Notes under the pieces: generated by a model
What the model saw: the letters and a program-made list of their open reading frames with translations, nothing else
Databases searched by the model: none
Told to the model about the DNA's origin: nothing
Translations under genes and position numbers: made by a program
Shown here: piece after piece, positions 9,909 to 20,256 of the stretch
Numbering within the stretch: the stretch's first letter is position 1
Layout: the number at the start of each line of letters is the position of its first letter
Assembly (NCBI GenBank): GCA_963816685.1
Contig: CAWFMB010000035.1
Coordinates: 2,490-66,489 of the forward strand
DNA length: 64,000 bases
From: an uncultured Prolixibacteraceae bacterium
GTDB taxonomy: Bacteria > Bacteroidota > Bacteroidia > Bacteroidales > Prolixibacteraceae
Direction of reading: 5' to 3'

Positions 9909-11258
9909 TTAAAGCACAATTAAGCTTAACAACCAGACGGTAATAGTTGCACAAATACCAACAACCAACGTTCCAATCGTTTGCAACCGGTACCCCATAT
10001 TAACACTCATCCCTGTCATTTGTGACACTATCCAGAAATAGCTGTCGTTGGCATGGCTGGCAACAATAGAACCAGCACCAATTGCAATAACCACCAATGC
10101 TCTGGCGGTTGGATCATCAAACCCCAGAGAGGATAAAAGTGGTGCCATTAAACCAGCCGTTGTAATTATAGCTACAGTACTTGACCCCTGGGCTATTTTC
10201 AAAGCGGAAGCAATAATTACCGGCAGAAAAATACCCAGCATTTGAGCGCCGGCAAGATTATTTTCCACGACTTCAGCAATACCGGATGCCTGTAATACTT
10301 TTCCGAATGCACCTCCACTTCCGGTTATAATTATAATACCCGCCGCTGCAATTACCCCCTGCCCCAGCCAACCGTTGGTTGACAACATTTCCTTATTTAG
10401 TTTGGCAGGAAGTAAAAATGAAAGGCCAACACCAATCATTAATGCAACCGAAGGTTGCCCGATAAAATTTACTGCCTGCGCCAGATTTCCTGTGCCAAAG
10501 GGTGTAGCAGGAAGTGCAACAATTGATCGTAAAATAATCAGCAAAATCGGAACAAAAACTGGCAGTAACGATTTCAGCAACGATGGCATTTTAACATCTT
10601 TAGTATATTCTTCCGGGTCTTGTTCTGAAAATTCATCCGTTTGTTCAATCTGATATTTCGATGCAATTTTAACAGCAAACAACCAACTTGCCATTAATCC
10701 GATAAAACTAACCGGTAATCCAAGTAAAATAACCATTCCCAAATCGGCATTTAAAATACCTGCAGCTGCAACCGGACCCGGAGTAGGAGGAATAAGTGAA
10801 TGTGATACATATAAACCCAGACTCAAGGCTATTGTAACCATTGCAAGTGAAATTTTCAGCTTACGCGATAATGCTTTTGCCAGTGGAGACAAAACAATAA
10901 ATGCCGAATCACAAAATACAGGAATACTTACGATATAGCCGACTATACTCATTGCCAGCGGAATATTCCTTTTACCCACAACTTTTAATGTTCCGGCAGC
11001 CAGTCTATAAGCGCCACCCGATTTTTCAAGAAATTTTCCAATTATTGAACCTGCCAGAATTACAATCCCAATGTATCCAATTGTACTTCCAAAACCATTG
11101 TTGACAGCATCAACCACTTCAATCATTGTCATTTTTCCCGATAAAATTCCAAATCCAAATGCAACAAGAATTAATGATAAAAACGGGTGCCATTTGAGAA
11201 CAGATGTGGATATGATGATAAAGGCTACAGACAGAAGCAGAAGAAGGATGAGCCACAT
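9909..11258 (-). CDS. GntP family permease (gluconate/sugar-acid:H+ symporter family)
   Basis: 449 aa, polytopic. The N-terminal and C-terminal halves are typical of GntP (..GSTIGYIGIVILAGSIIG.., ..GSSTVAIITTAGL..). Confidence 0.9.
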   Translation of the reverse strand: MWLILLLLLSVAFIIISTSVLKWHPFLSLILVAFGFGILSGKMTMIEVVDAVNNGFGSTIGYIGIVILAGSIIGKFLEKSGGAYRLAAGTLKVVGKRNIPLAMSIVGYIVSIPVFCDSAFIVLSPLAKALSRKLKISLAMVTIALSLGLYVSHSLIPPTPGPVAAAGILNADLGMVILLGLPVSFIGLMASWLFAVKIASKYQIEQTDEFSEQDPEEYTKDVKMPSLLKSLLPVFVPILLIILRSIVALPATPFGTGNLAQAVNFIGQPSVALMIGVGLSFLLPAKLNKEMLSTNGWLGQGVIAAAGIIIITGSGGAFGKVLQASGIAEVVENNLAGAQMLGIFLPVIIASALKIAQGSSTVAIITTAGLMAPLLSSLGFDDPTARALVVIAIGAGSIVASHANDSYFWIVSQMTGMSVNMGYRLQTIGTLVVGICATITVWLLSLIVL

Positions 11259-11344
11259 GATAATTTGGTTTAATTCTATTTCAACAGCAAATGCTCAAAT
11301 ATATTAAACCTGTGAAAATAATGTATTTATTTTTTGGATGATTT

Positions 11345-12688
11345 TTATATCAGCGAACTTCTGTTGTCATAAATTTTTGCTACAGCATTAACAATATCAT
11401 CCATATCTGATTTTGTACCCAGCAGCATGCTCTGGTAAAAAATAACAGCTTCTTTTGCAAGCTGATCATTTCCAGGCAAATGGTTTTCTTCGCGCCACTG
11501 CTCCAGTCTTTTTTCTGAAAAGAGGCGTTTATAACCTCTTGAATTAAATGCTTCTTCGATTAAACCATCATGATTTTGGCGGCCGTAACCACCGGAACAA
11601 GGAATTCCTTCGGCGTTAAGCGCCCCAATAAATTTATCGCGGGATACTCCTCCAAATTTTTCTGAAACAAACCGGAAAGGATACAGGTGATAAGCAGACC
11701 GGGCATTTGCGGTTACCAGTTTGTATGGCACAATACCCGGAATTTCAGCTAATTTTTTATCGAGGTATTTTGCATTTTCAAGGCGAACATCCGCATCTTT
11801 CGATATTCGCTGCATTTGTGAAAGTAAAATCATTGCCTGTATTTGCTGCATCCTTCGATTGCTTCCGCGTATTGGATAATCCGTTGTCCGCAAAACACTT
11901 CCGAAAGGTCTTCCGCAGTTGTGAAAAGAGTAACAGCGATCCATAATTTCATCGTTATTGCCGATAATTGCACCTCCTTCACCGGCCGGCAGATTTTTCG
12001 AATTCTGAAAACTAAAGCACCCCAAATCACCCAACGTTCCAAGTTTTTTCCCTTTATATTCGCCGAGCCATGCCTGGCATGCATCTTCAATTACTTTTAA
12101 ATTGTGTGTTTCTGCCGCCTCATTTACCCGATCCATATCAACCGGAAGACCATAAATATGCACCGGAATAATAGCAGTTGTTCGATCGGTTATTTTCTCT
12201 TCAATTTTTGCAGGATTTATTAAAAAAGTTTCCGGATCGGAATCTACAAACACAGGCAACGCTTTATTCATGAAAATAACATTGTAGGTAGCAATAAATG
12301 TAAAAGGCGATACAAGCACCTCGTCACCTGCATCGATTCCCAATACATGTGTTGCCACCAGCAAGGCTGTTGTTCCGCTTGCAGTAGCCAGACATCGTTT
12401 TGCACCTGTTAATTCGGCATATTCTTTCTCGAATTCAGCAACATGTTCGCCATTACCACGCCACCAACGGCCAGTCCGAAGCATTTCAACAATTTCATTT
12501 TCAGCCGATTCATCCCAAACCGGCCATTGCGGCCAATTGGCAGTGCGTACTTTTTCTCCTCCCAAAACGGCCAGTTTTGCTGATGCAGTAAAACCAAAAG
12601 ATGAAAAGGAAGGTATTGTTAGTGCGCCAACTGTACCTGCAGTTGCTACTGAAATAGCCTGGCGACGGGTAATTTTTCTGTTTTCCAT
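11345..12688 (-). CDS. DegT/DnrJ/EryC1/StrS family PLP aminotransferase with Tat signal
   Basis: 447 aa. MENRKITRRQAISVATAGTVGAL signal. DegT core ..ATASGTTALLVA.., ..IIPVHIYG.., ..FSFQNSKNLPAGEGG.. (PLP lysine). Confidence 0.85.
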   Translation of the reverse strand: MENRKITRRQAISVATAGTVGALTIPSFSSFGFTASAKLAVLGGEKVRTANWPQWPVWDESAENEIVEMLRTGRWWRGNGEHVAEFEKEYAELTGAKRCLATASGTTALLVATHVLGIDAGDEVLVSPFTFIATYNVIFMNKALPVFVDSDPETFLINPAKIEEKITDRTTAIIPVHIYGLPVDMDRVNEAAETHNLKVIEDACQAWLGEYKGKKLGTLGDLGCFSFQNSKNLPAGEGGAIIGNNDEIMDRCYSFHNCGRPFGSVLRTTDYPIRGSNRRMQQIQAMILLSQMQRISKDADVRLENAKYLDKKLAEIPGIVPYKLVTANARSAYHLYPFRFVSEKFGGVSRDKFIGALNAEGIPCSGGYGRQNHDGLIEEAFNSRGYKRLFSEKRLEQWREENHLPGNDQLAKEAVIFYQSMLLGTKSDMDDIVNAVAKIYDNRSSLI

Positions 12689-12768
12689 CTGTAATGCGTT
12701 AATTAAAAATTAGATGATGTTCAATTTACGTAAAAAAAATGAATGTTGTTAAAAAGGCGATTCGGATT

Positions 12769-14421
12769 TCAGTCCTGTTTTTTCCGAAGATGACGGGTGT
12801 ATAAAACTGAGACCGCAATTGAAATTACTGCAAGAAGCAGAAATATTAATATCCTGACGCCGGTATCCATCTTTGAAGTATCGACAACCAAAAGATTGAC
12901 TGCTGATGCAATTACTGCGGCGATGGCAAGCCACCTGTATTTTATGTTGTTCAATAAATAGCCGAAAAAGAAAAAAAGCAACGCGCCGGTAATCCATGAA
13001 ATTGTGACAAGCGATTCCGGTACAGCATGATAAAAAGCAATAAGTGTCATTACAAATCCTGACAGCAGATAAATATTTCGAAGCATTTCTGTTTTCAGGT
13101 TTAAGCGGCTCTTTTTCCAGTTGATAACCCGCGCAGTTACGAAGGCAATCAGCATAAACGAAAAGTTAGCGCTGTTGTAACTAACCGGGTCGTTGATATA
13201 AAAGACCAGTAACATCACGTACAACAATGTATTCATTACCACAATAAATTGCGAACGAAACCATAGTGCCATCGAAACCACAAAAAAACTTTGTATTGCA
13301 AAAAGTGTATATGCTTTCGGGAACAGAAAAATTCCATAAATAGCCACACTCATGGCAATAAATCCATAAACAGCATAAATTGAGGCGCTTATTTTTAAAA
13401 ATGAACGGGTTTGAATAACTACAGAATAAATTAAACTGAAAATCGAAACCAGGCTGAAAATCAAAATGTAACTTTCACTTAAATAAATAAATACAGTTAA
13501 AATTAACAGCGAAGTAAAGCCGAGACCATTCCAGATTAATGTAAAGATGAGGATTTCATCAGATACTTTTTCTTTTTTGGGAAGAATGGCAATCAGCGAA
13601 AAAATAAAACCTGTTGCAATTAAATATACAAAACCGAATCCATAATTTTCGCGAAATTGTGCATGATGAGTAATTAAAGGATTATTCAGCAACCAGATAA
13701 ACTGAACCAGATAAATAAACAAAACGCAAGAAATTATCAGCCGGATCCATCCAAACCTGTAGTAAAGCAAAATGGAAACAACGGCTGTAAATGTTGAAAT
13801 AACTAACAGAAAATGCATGGAGTTACTTATTACCCCCGCTACCAGCATCATTAGTAAAACAATTCCGGTTAGCAACTGCGACTTTTTTCTGTAAGCAACA
13901 AAAAGCAGCATTCCTGAAACAGATACCACCGCCATTAATCCTAAAAAATGGCTCTCAACCACCGGGTTTTGGATGAAATGCAGGCGTAAAGTGAGGTAAA
14001 AAATCAACAAATGACCATTGTATTGAAACAGGTTAGATAAGTACAGAAAAGTTTTTCGGGTGAAAAAAGAGATGGAATAAACAGCGGCAACAGCAGAAAA
14101 ACCAAGTAAAACAGAAAGAAAGGGGCTGCCTGAATTATGCAGATATTGGACGAAAAAAATTACTGCAATCAATAAAACTATATTTCCCAACCATGCCATT
14201 CCATATTCTCCAACTCCAAATTCAATTGAACCTTTCGGTGTAAACGGAAATGAGATTTCAATATCAGAATCTGTATTTTCCTGATCATTTATTGAATTTT
14301 CAATTTTCTGACTCCTTATTTTATTCAAGGATTCTTCGACTGAGGTTAATCTCTGTTCGAGTAAAAGAAGTTGTTCTTTCAAACTGGTAAAATCCGAATG
14401 ATCAGGTTTTTCCTCTCCCAT
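12769..14421 (-). CDS. Polytopic membrane protein (DUF2339-like)
   Basis: 550 aa. N-terminal coiled segment LKEQLLLLEQRLTSVEESLNKI followed by more than 12 hydrophobic helices. Confidence 0.55.
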   Translation of the reverse strand: MGEEKPDHSDFTSLKEQLLLLEQRLTSVEESLNKIRSQKIENSINDQENTDSDIEISFPFTPKGSIEFGVGEYGMAWLGNIVLLIAVIFFVQYLHNSGSPFLSVLLGFSAVAAVYSISFFTRKTFLYLSNLFQYNGHLLIFYLTLRLHFIQNPVVESHFLGLMAVVSVSGMLLFVAYRKKSQLLTGIVLLMMLVAGVISNSMHFLLVISTFTAVVSILLYYRFGWIRLIISCVLFIYLVQFIWLLNNPLITHHAQFRENYGFGFVYLIATGFIFSLIAILPKKEKVSDEILIFTLIWNGLGFTSLLILTVFIYLSESYILIFSLVSIFSLIYSVVIQTRSFLKISASIYAVYGFIAMSVAIYGIFLFPKAYTLFAIQSFFVVSMALWFRSQFIVVMNTLLYVMLLVFYINDPVSYNSANFSFMLIAFVTARVINWKKSRLNLKTEMLRNIYLLSGFVMTLIAFYHAVPESLVTISWITGALLFFFFGYLLNNIKYRWLAIAAVIASAVNLLVVDTSKMDTGVRILIFLLLAVISIAVSVLYTRHLRKKQD

Positions 14422-14521
14422 AATTTACAATTTTAACCTTTACCCTGGCAGATTCGAAAATCTTTCGATTTAAAAAGAACCAGATCATATTTGGCCCGGT
14501 CCTTCCTGAAATTGAAGAACT

Positions 14522-15724
14522 TTAAACTACTGTTTCAGTTGCAATTTCCTCCTCGTGTTTTTTCCATGGAGGCAGCAACCAAAGCAGGAAAGCAAGAATT
14601 GCAAAAGGCAGAATGAGCCAGAATACAGCCATTAAAAATCCTTCTGCTCCAATTAAACCTAATTTAAAACTAGTAAATCCAAGAAAACTTTTAGAGAATA
14701 ACTGACCACCGATAACAACATTCCACCGCATAAAAAATATACCCATTAATACCAGCATGCTTGTCAGCAAATAAATTGGTTTGCGGATTTCGGCCTTTGG
14801 TTTATAAATTCTGAAAAATCCCAGTACCAGCAGCGGAATTATCGTCCCCATTAATCCCTGAAACACAAACAAAGTCAGATTTAATTTACCATTTACCAGC
14901 ATGTGCAGGATTTCGAATGATTCTTCTGCTTCATAAATCCGGTGCACCTGGTCGAGGGCTTCCAGAGTAAAATCGAATACCAACACATAAAAAAGATACT
15001 TTCCAACTTCATCAAGACAAGGCATATCAATTTTAACTTTACGAATCCATGAAACCACCATATACAAAAACATAACCAGTGCAATTCCGGATACCATTGC
15101 TGAAAAGAGGAATATCACCGGCATCAATACAGTAGACCACCAGGGATTTGCCTTTATCGAGCCAAAAATAAATCCGACATATCCGTGCAAAAGAAATGCA
15201 GACGGGATACCTACCACAGTAATAAAATATCCCAGTTTATCGTCCCATCGCACAGTGTTTGGTGATAAATCCACAACGCCCAAAGTGAGAACTTTGTATA
15301 ACCGTCCCAAAAAACCCTTTTTTTCCTGCGACCAAAGAACAAAATCGCGACGATAATCGAACCAGATTTCGAGTAATAAAACCACCATTAAATACCATAA
15401 ATACACAAACCCGAAGATTGCCATGGCAGAATGTGCCTGTGGCGTTGTCATAATTTCATAGGCCCTGAATGGTTTTCCGAGGTGAGTAACCAATGGCAGA
15501 ATAGCAACAATCAAAAAAGCAAGTGCTGTTAACAGTGCCAGCTGGTATGTCGGCTTTAAAACCTTAACATTGAAAACACGTTCAAGGGAGGCCAGAATAA
15601 ATGCACCTGCAACCAAACCTGTGATGTATGGATAAAGTACAATTAAAATCCCCCAGTGCAACTCTATTTCATTGGGATAAATGTAGCCATCTACCCTGCC
15701 AAGCATTTCATATAAATGTTCCAT
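14522..15724 (-). CDS. NrfD/PsrC family quinone-interacting membrane subunit
   Basis: 400 aa integral membrane protein. It lies immediately downstream (2-nt gap) of the FeS subunit gene, and the architecture is typical of the NrfD/PsrC/DsrP family. Confidence 0.8.
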   Translation of the reverse strand: MEHLYEMLGRVDGYIYPNEIELHWGILIVLYPYITGLVAGAFILASLERVFNVKVLKPTYQLALLTALAFLIVAILPLVTHLGKPFRAYEIMTTPQAHSAMAIFGFVYLWYLMVVLLLEIWFDYRRDFVLWSQEKKGFLGRLYKVLTLGVVDLSPNTVRWDDKLGYFITVVGIPSAFLLHGYVGFIFGSIKANPWWSTVLMPVIFLFSAMVSGIALVMFLYMVVSWIRKVKIDMPCLDEVGKYLFYVLVFDFTLEALDQVHRIYEAEESFEILHMLVNGKLNLTLFVFQGLMGTIIPLLVLGFFRIYKPKAEIRKPIYLLTSMLVLMGIFFMRWNVVIGGQLFSKSFLGFTSFKLGLIGAEGFLMAVFWLILPFAILAFLLWLLPPWKKHEEEIATETVV

Positions 15725-15726
15725 AA

Positions 15727-16482
15727 TTACCTTACCTCCGCGCTTAATCCATTATAATATAATTTTGAACCCGTATTTAAATTGGGTTTTAAAACCTGAC
15801 AGTTATGTTCTTTCAGGAACTTATTCAATTCGCCTTCCTTATCATTCAAATCGCCAAAAATTCTTGCGCCGGTAGGGCAAACTTCCACACATGCGGGCAA
15901 CAGTCCTTTTGTAATCCGGTGGTAGCATAAAGTACATTTGTCCACCGTCTTTTTTTCAGGATGCAAATACCTGCATCCGTACGGACAAGCCTGAATACAA
16001 TACCTGCAACCAATACAGTAGGTTTCATCCACAAGCGCAATACCTTCCGGGCTTTCGAAAGTTGCTCCGACCGGGCAAACCTGCGTACACGGAGATTTAG
16101 CACAATGGTTGCACATTTTCGGCACAAAAAAAGTTTTAAAGATTTCCTCTTCCGGTACTGATTGTTTAAACCCGTCAATCCCGCCATTCGGAGATTCAAC
16201 CTTTATTGTACCATCGTTTTTAAGGGTATACTGTTCCACCCAGGATCGGTAATAAAAAGGTTCCTGAGGGACATCATTTTCGAGTTTGCACGATTTGGCA
16301 CACATTCCGCAACCAATACACTTTTCAATATCGATTCCAATTCCATACCATGGTTTTGACGAATCTTCCGGTTCACCGGCGGCAAAAATAATGGCAGAAA
16401 ACGGTTTCAGTGCCGATGTAGCCAGAATTGTCCCAGCCAATGCAGCTGATTTTTTAAGAAAATTACGCCTTGTTGAATTCAT
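15727..16482 (-). CDS. 4Fe-4S dicluster subunit (PsrB/NrfC/DsrO-like) with Tat signal
   Basis: Several CxxCxxCxxxC(P) clusters (CIGCGMCAKSC, CNHCAKSPCTQVCP, CIGCRYCIQACP, CTLC..CVEVCP). Tat motif STRRNFLKK. The track ORF starts at 16497; I prefer the ATG at 16482 (MNSTRRNFLKK), which overlaps the upstream stop as ATGA. Confidence 0.85.
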   Translation of the reverse strand: MNSTRRNFLKKSAALAGTILATSALKPFSAIIFAAGEPEDSSKPWYGIGIDIEKCIGCGMCAKSCKLENDVPQEPFYYRSWVEQYTLKNDGTIKVESPNGGIDGFKQSVPEEEIFKTFFVPKMCNHCAKSPCTQVCPVGATFESPEGIALVDETYCIGCRYCIQACPYGCRYLHPEKKTVDKCTLCYHRITKGLLPACVEVCPTGARIFGDLNDKEGELNKFLKEHNCQVLKPNLNTGSKLYYNGLSAEVR

Positions 16483-16937
16483 TCTTTTAGTTCCCATACA
16501 GCATGTGGATTATGACAATCGATACATTTTTCCTTTTCAGGATGGTGTTCTTTTATATCGATCTGGTTTACAACTTCAATTTTACGCGCAGCATTTAAAC
16601 TGTGGCACCTTCCACAAAAATCGCGGCTTCCGTCTATTACAAGAAATTGTTTGATTTCGTAATCCTCCGCATGTTTGGCATTTGGTCCGTGACAAACTTC
16701 GCAGGATAATGAGGCATGCATATCCGACTCCAGAAGTTCAGCTTCCGTATCGTGACAATCCATACAAACAGCCTTACCGGCATAATTTACCGGAAGTGCT
16801 CCAACTTCATTAATCGCATTTGCGCGGTAATGGCCAATATCTCCAAAAGATTCGGGGATAAGAAAATGGCGCACAACCAAAAAAAGTACGATGAATACAG
16901 CGAAAAGAGGTAGTAATGTTTTTAGTTGAGGTGGCAT
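16479..16937 (-). CDS. Membrane-anchored tetrahaem cytochrome c (c3/NrfB/DsrJ-like)
   Basis: 152 aa. N-terminal TM helix plus four CxxCH motifs (CMDCH, CEVCH, CGRCH, CIDCH). Confidence 0.85.
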   Translation of the reverse strand: MPPQLKTLLPLFAVFIVLFLVVRHFLIPESFGDIGHYRANAINEVGALPVNYAGKAVCMDCHDTEAELLESDMHASLSCEVCHGPNAKHAEDYEIKQFLVIDGSRDFCGRCHSLNAARKIEVVNQIDIKEHHPEKEKCIDCHNPHAVWELKE

Positions 16938-17141
16938 AATGAGATCGTATTAAATTCGGGTTGGAAGTTAAGCAATTATTTTAGTAGGATTACTTTCCGA
17001 TATTGATATAAATCAATAATAAAGAAGACATTACTCTGGTTCGTGAGCTTTCAGCAACTGAATTTCATTAATAGATTTTCGGAACAAATTACAATAATGA
17101 AGCAGAATTTCCGATATTTACTTTTCTGAATTTACATAATT

Positions 17142-18488
17142 ATGCAGCCTGTTATTGTAATAATCATCTATTTTATTCTTATCCTGCTGGTTGGTGTTTT
17201 TTCTTACTTTAAAATAAAAACACCTTCTGATTATTATGTTGCAGGGAAAAAAGCAGGATTGCTGCCTGTTTCAGGAAGTTTACTGGCCACAATTCTGGGG
17301 GGTTCGGCTATTTTAGGAACGATAGAATTGAGTATGAAAATGGGTTGGGCGGCTTTGTGGTTTTTGTTTTGTGCAGCCTTTGGCTTGTTTCTGCTGGTTC
17401 CTTTGGCAAAATATGTGCAACGTTTCGGCCGGTATACACTGCCCGAACTCCTTGGATTCTTTTATGGAAAAAAAGCAGAATTGACAGCTTCAGTAATAAT
17501 CCCGATAGCCTGGCTTGGAATTGTTGCTGCACAAATTATTGCCGCTGCACAAATTCTTTCAGGACTCGAATTAATAAGCTATTCAAATTCAGCAATACTG
17601 GCCGGTACAATTTTTATTTTTTATACACTTGCCGGCGGACAAGTCAGTATTTTAAAAACTGACATGTTGCAATCTGTTTTCATTATTGCCGGGCTCCTGG
17701 CGCTGACGGTTGTTTCGATTGATAAATCAGGTTCAGAGATTATTAATTCGTTCAAACCTGGATTGCTTTTTAATTCTTCATTTACACTGCTCGATTTAAT
17801 AGTTCTTCTTTTAACCTATTCAGTTACATTTGTTGTTGGCCCGGATATTTACTCACGGATTTTTTGTGCAAAAAATGAAATCACTGCAACCCGCAGTATT
17901 CTGATTGTTGCTGTACTATTAATTCCTGTTTCATTTATTCTTACCTACCTTGGGATTGTTTCGGCAGAAAGCAAAGAAACCGGTATAATAACATTTGCGC
18001 AACACCTAATGCCTGGCTGGTTTTATGGTTTATTTTTGGCAGCATTACTTTCGGCAGTTATGTCATCTGCCGATACTACCTTATTAACTTCGGCTTTAAT
18101 ATTGAGTGAATTGATAGCCGGAAATCCTGACAATAAAAAATCAATGTTATTAACCCGGCTATTTATAATTATAACAGGTTTGGCCAGTATTTCAATTGCT
18201 CTTTTTGTTACTTCCATTTTACAGGCATTACTGCTGGCGCTTACCTTTTTTTCGGGGGCTTTTGTAGTACCTGCTTTGGCAGGTTTACTTCGTTTAAAAG
18301 TTGTAAAAACACAGGTATTTCCTGCAATGCTAACCGGAGGGCTTGTTGCTTTAACGGGTAAAATTCTTAACTACTCTTTCGATCCGATTTCCGGAAATCT
18401 CATCATAATCTTCTCATTTGTTCTGAATTCGCTTCTTTTGTTTGTTTCCTTTTCACATCGAAACAGGCAAATTAAACAGGAAGTGTAA
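17142..18488 (+). CDS. Sodium:solute symporter (SSF) family transporter
   Basis: 448 aa, about 12-13 TM. The start IVIIIYFILILLVGVFSY..DYYVAGKK is typical of SSF. Confidence 0.8.
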   Translation: MQPVIVIIIYFILILLVGVFSYFKIKTPSDYYVAGKKAGLLPVSGSLLATILGGSAILGTIELSMKMGWAALWFLFCAAFGLFLLVPLAKYVQRFGRYTLPELLGFFYGKKAELTASVIIPIAWLGIVAAQIIAAAQILSGLELISYSNSAILAGTIFIFYTLAGGQVSILKTDMLQSVFIIAGLLALTVVSIDKSGSEIINSFKPGLLFNSSFTLLDLIVLLLTYSVTFVVGPDIYSRIFCAKNEITATRSILIVAVLLIPVSFILTYLGIVSAESKETGIITFAQHLMPGWFYGLFLAALLSAVMSSADTTLLTSALILSELIAGNPDNKKSMLLTRLFIIITGLASISIALFVTSILQALLLALTFFSGAFVVPALAGLLRLKVVKTQVFPAMLTGGLVALTGKILNYSFDPISGNLIIIFSFVLNSLLLFVSFSHRNRQIKQEV

Positions 18489-20256
18489 GACCTTTTAAAA
18501 ACGGTTGTAATTCATCCGGAAGTAGTGGCGTCAATTCTTCATAAACCTTCAGGTGATAGTTATTCAGCCAGTTTTTTTCATCCGCATTTAATAAATCCAC
18601 TTCAATTAATGAAGTATCAATCGGACAAAGGGTTAAGGTGTTGAAACCTAAAAAGCGTCCAAAGTCAGTTTCGGTTTTATCAACGCAAACAATTAAATTT
18701 TCAATGCGGATTCCATATTCATTTTCGCGGTAAACAGCGGGTTCATTGGAAAAAATCATACCAGATTGCAACGGAAAACCATTAACTTCCTGACGGATGG
18801 AAACCGGGCCTTCGTGAACATTCAAAAAGTGACCGACGCCATGTCCTGTTCCGTGACCATAATTCAGACCGTTTTCCCATAAGGCTTTCCTGGCAAGAAC
18901 ATCCAGATGAAACCCTTTTGTTCCAACAGGAAATACAGCCTTTGACAAGGCAATCATTCCTTTTAACACAAGTGTAAAATCTTTCCTTTGTTGACCGGAT
19001 GTTTTACCTAAAGCCACAGTCCGTGTAATGTCTGTTGTTCCATGCAAATATTGTCCGCCAGAATCAAAAAGCAGGATTCCTTCAGGTTCAACAGGCAGCG
19101 CTAATTCGGGAGTGGCACTGTAATGCACAACTGCACCATGTTCACAGTATCCAACAATAGGGGCAAAACTTTCGCCCATATAATTTTTCTGTTTCGAACG
19201 AAATTCAGCCAGTTTTAACCCAATTGAATATTCATTTAAATGATTTGTTCCAACAGTATTTTTCAGCCAGTAAAGAAATTGAACCAATGCAACACCATCC
19301 TTTCTCATTGCATCTTTAAAACCATTCAATTCTGTTTGATTTTTAACAACTTTCAATGATGAAATTACCGAATGCCCTTCCTTTATCGTATTCTCAGCCT
19401 GAACTGATTGAAATGCAGCGTAATTGGCCGTTGAAGGATCAATATATATATTCCGGTTTCTCAATGATTTCAGCCATGAATAAAATTCATTGTATTCATA
19501 AACTTCCGTTTTCTCTTTTTCAAGCTGCTCAGCCAAAACTGGCGGCACCTTTTTTTTACTGACAAACAACAAGCTTTCATTTTTACCGATTACTCCATAA
19601 CCGTTAAAAACAGGATTGTACTGAATATCGGAACCGCGCAGGTTAAATAACCAGGCCAGTTCGTCGAGTGCAGTAATAATACACAAATCCGCACCGGCTT
19701 TTTTTAGTTCGGCAACAACCAGCTCTCTTTTATCTTTCCTTGAGCTACCGGCAACTTTTAAAGGCAGCTCAAAAATTTCATGTTGTGGAGTCTGGGGACA
19801 ATCTTCCCAAATCTTATCCAGTAAATCGATTGTTTCAGTGAGTTGAACGCCGGATTTATTCAGTGTATTCTTCAAGTTCCTGAAATTATCTGTTGAAAAG
19901 GTTTCAGGATTGCATCCAACTTTGCTTCCGGCTGAAAGTTTGTTTGTCAACAACGTTTCAGGCAATATTGAATGAGGAACACGTAATTTGTACATTTTCA
20001 TACCCGAACCTTTCAGTTGTTCCGTTGCCTGAAGAAAATAACGAGAATCGGTCCAAAGTCCTGCCTCTTCCTGCGTGATCACCACCACACCAAAAGAACC
20101 GGTAAATCCTGAAATAAAAGCCCTTGTTTTCCATCTTTCCGGCAAATATTCATTCATATGCGGGTCGGTTCCCGATATGTAATATGCATCCAGATTATAC
20201 TTTAGCATTTCGAGCCGCAGTGCTTTAATCCGGTTCCTGATTTCATTCATTTTCAA
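18472..20256 (-). CDS. Aminopeptidase P family (M24B Xaa-Pro aminopeptidase)
   Basis: 594 aa. Creatinase-like N-terminal domains and an M24 core (DITRT, HGTGHGVG, SNEPAVY, IRIEN). Confidence 0.9.
   Translation of the reverse strand: MKMNEIRNRIKALRLEMLKYNLDAYYISGTDPHMNEYLPERWKTRAFISGFTGSFGVVVITQEEAGLWTDSRYFLQATEQLKGSGMKMYKLRVPHSILPETLLTNKLSAGSKVGCNPETFSTDNFRNLKNTLNKSGVQLTETIDLLDKIWEDCPQTPQHEIFELPLKVAGSSRKDKRELVVAELKKAGADLCIITALDELAWLFNLRGSDIQYNPVFNGYGVIGKNESLLFVSKKKVPPVLAEQLEKEKTEVYEYNEFYSWLKSLRNRNIYIDPSTANYAAFQSVQAENTIKEGHSVISSLKVVKNQTELNGFKDAMRKDGVALVQFLYWLKNTVGTNHLNEYSIGLKLAEFRSKQKNYMGESFAPIVGYCEHGAVVHYSATPELALPVEPEGILLFDSGGQYLHGTTDITRTVALGKTSGQQRKDFTLVLKGMIALSKAVFPVGTKGFHLDVLARKALWENGLNYGHGTGHGVGHFLNVHEGPVSIRQEVNGFPLQSGMIFSNEPAVYRENEYGIRIENLIVCVDKTETDFGRFLGFNTLTLCPIDTSLIEVDLLNADEKNWLNNYHLKVYEELTPLLPDELQPFLKGLTLPV

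Noticed and set aside
18472-18488. 17-bp convergent overlap of the SSF transporter and aminopeptidase P 3' ends as a regulatory feature
   Set aside because: Short convergent 3' overlaps are common, and no hairpin or other signal is visible here.
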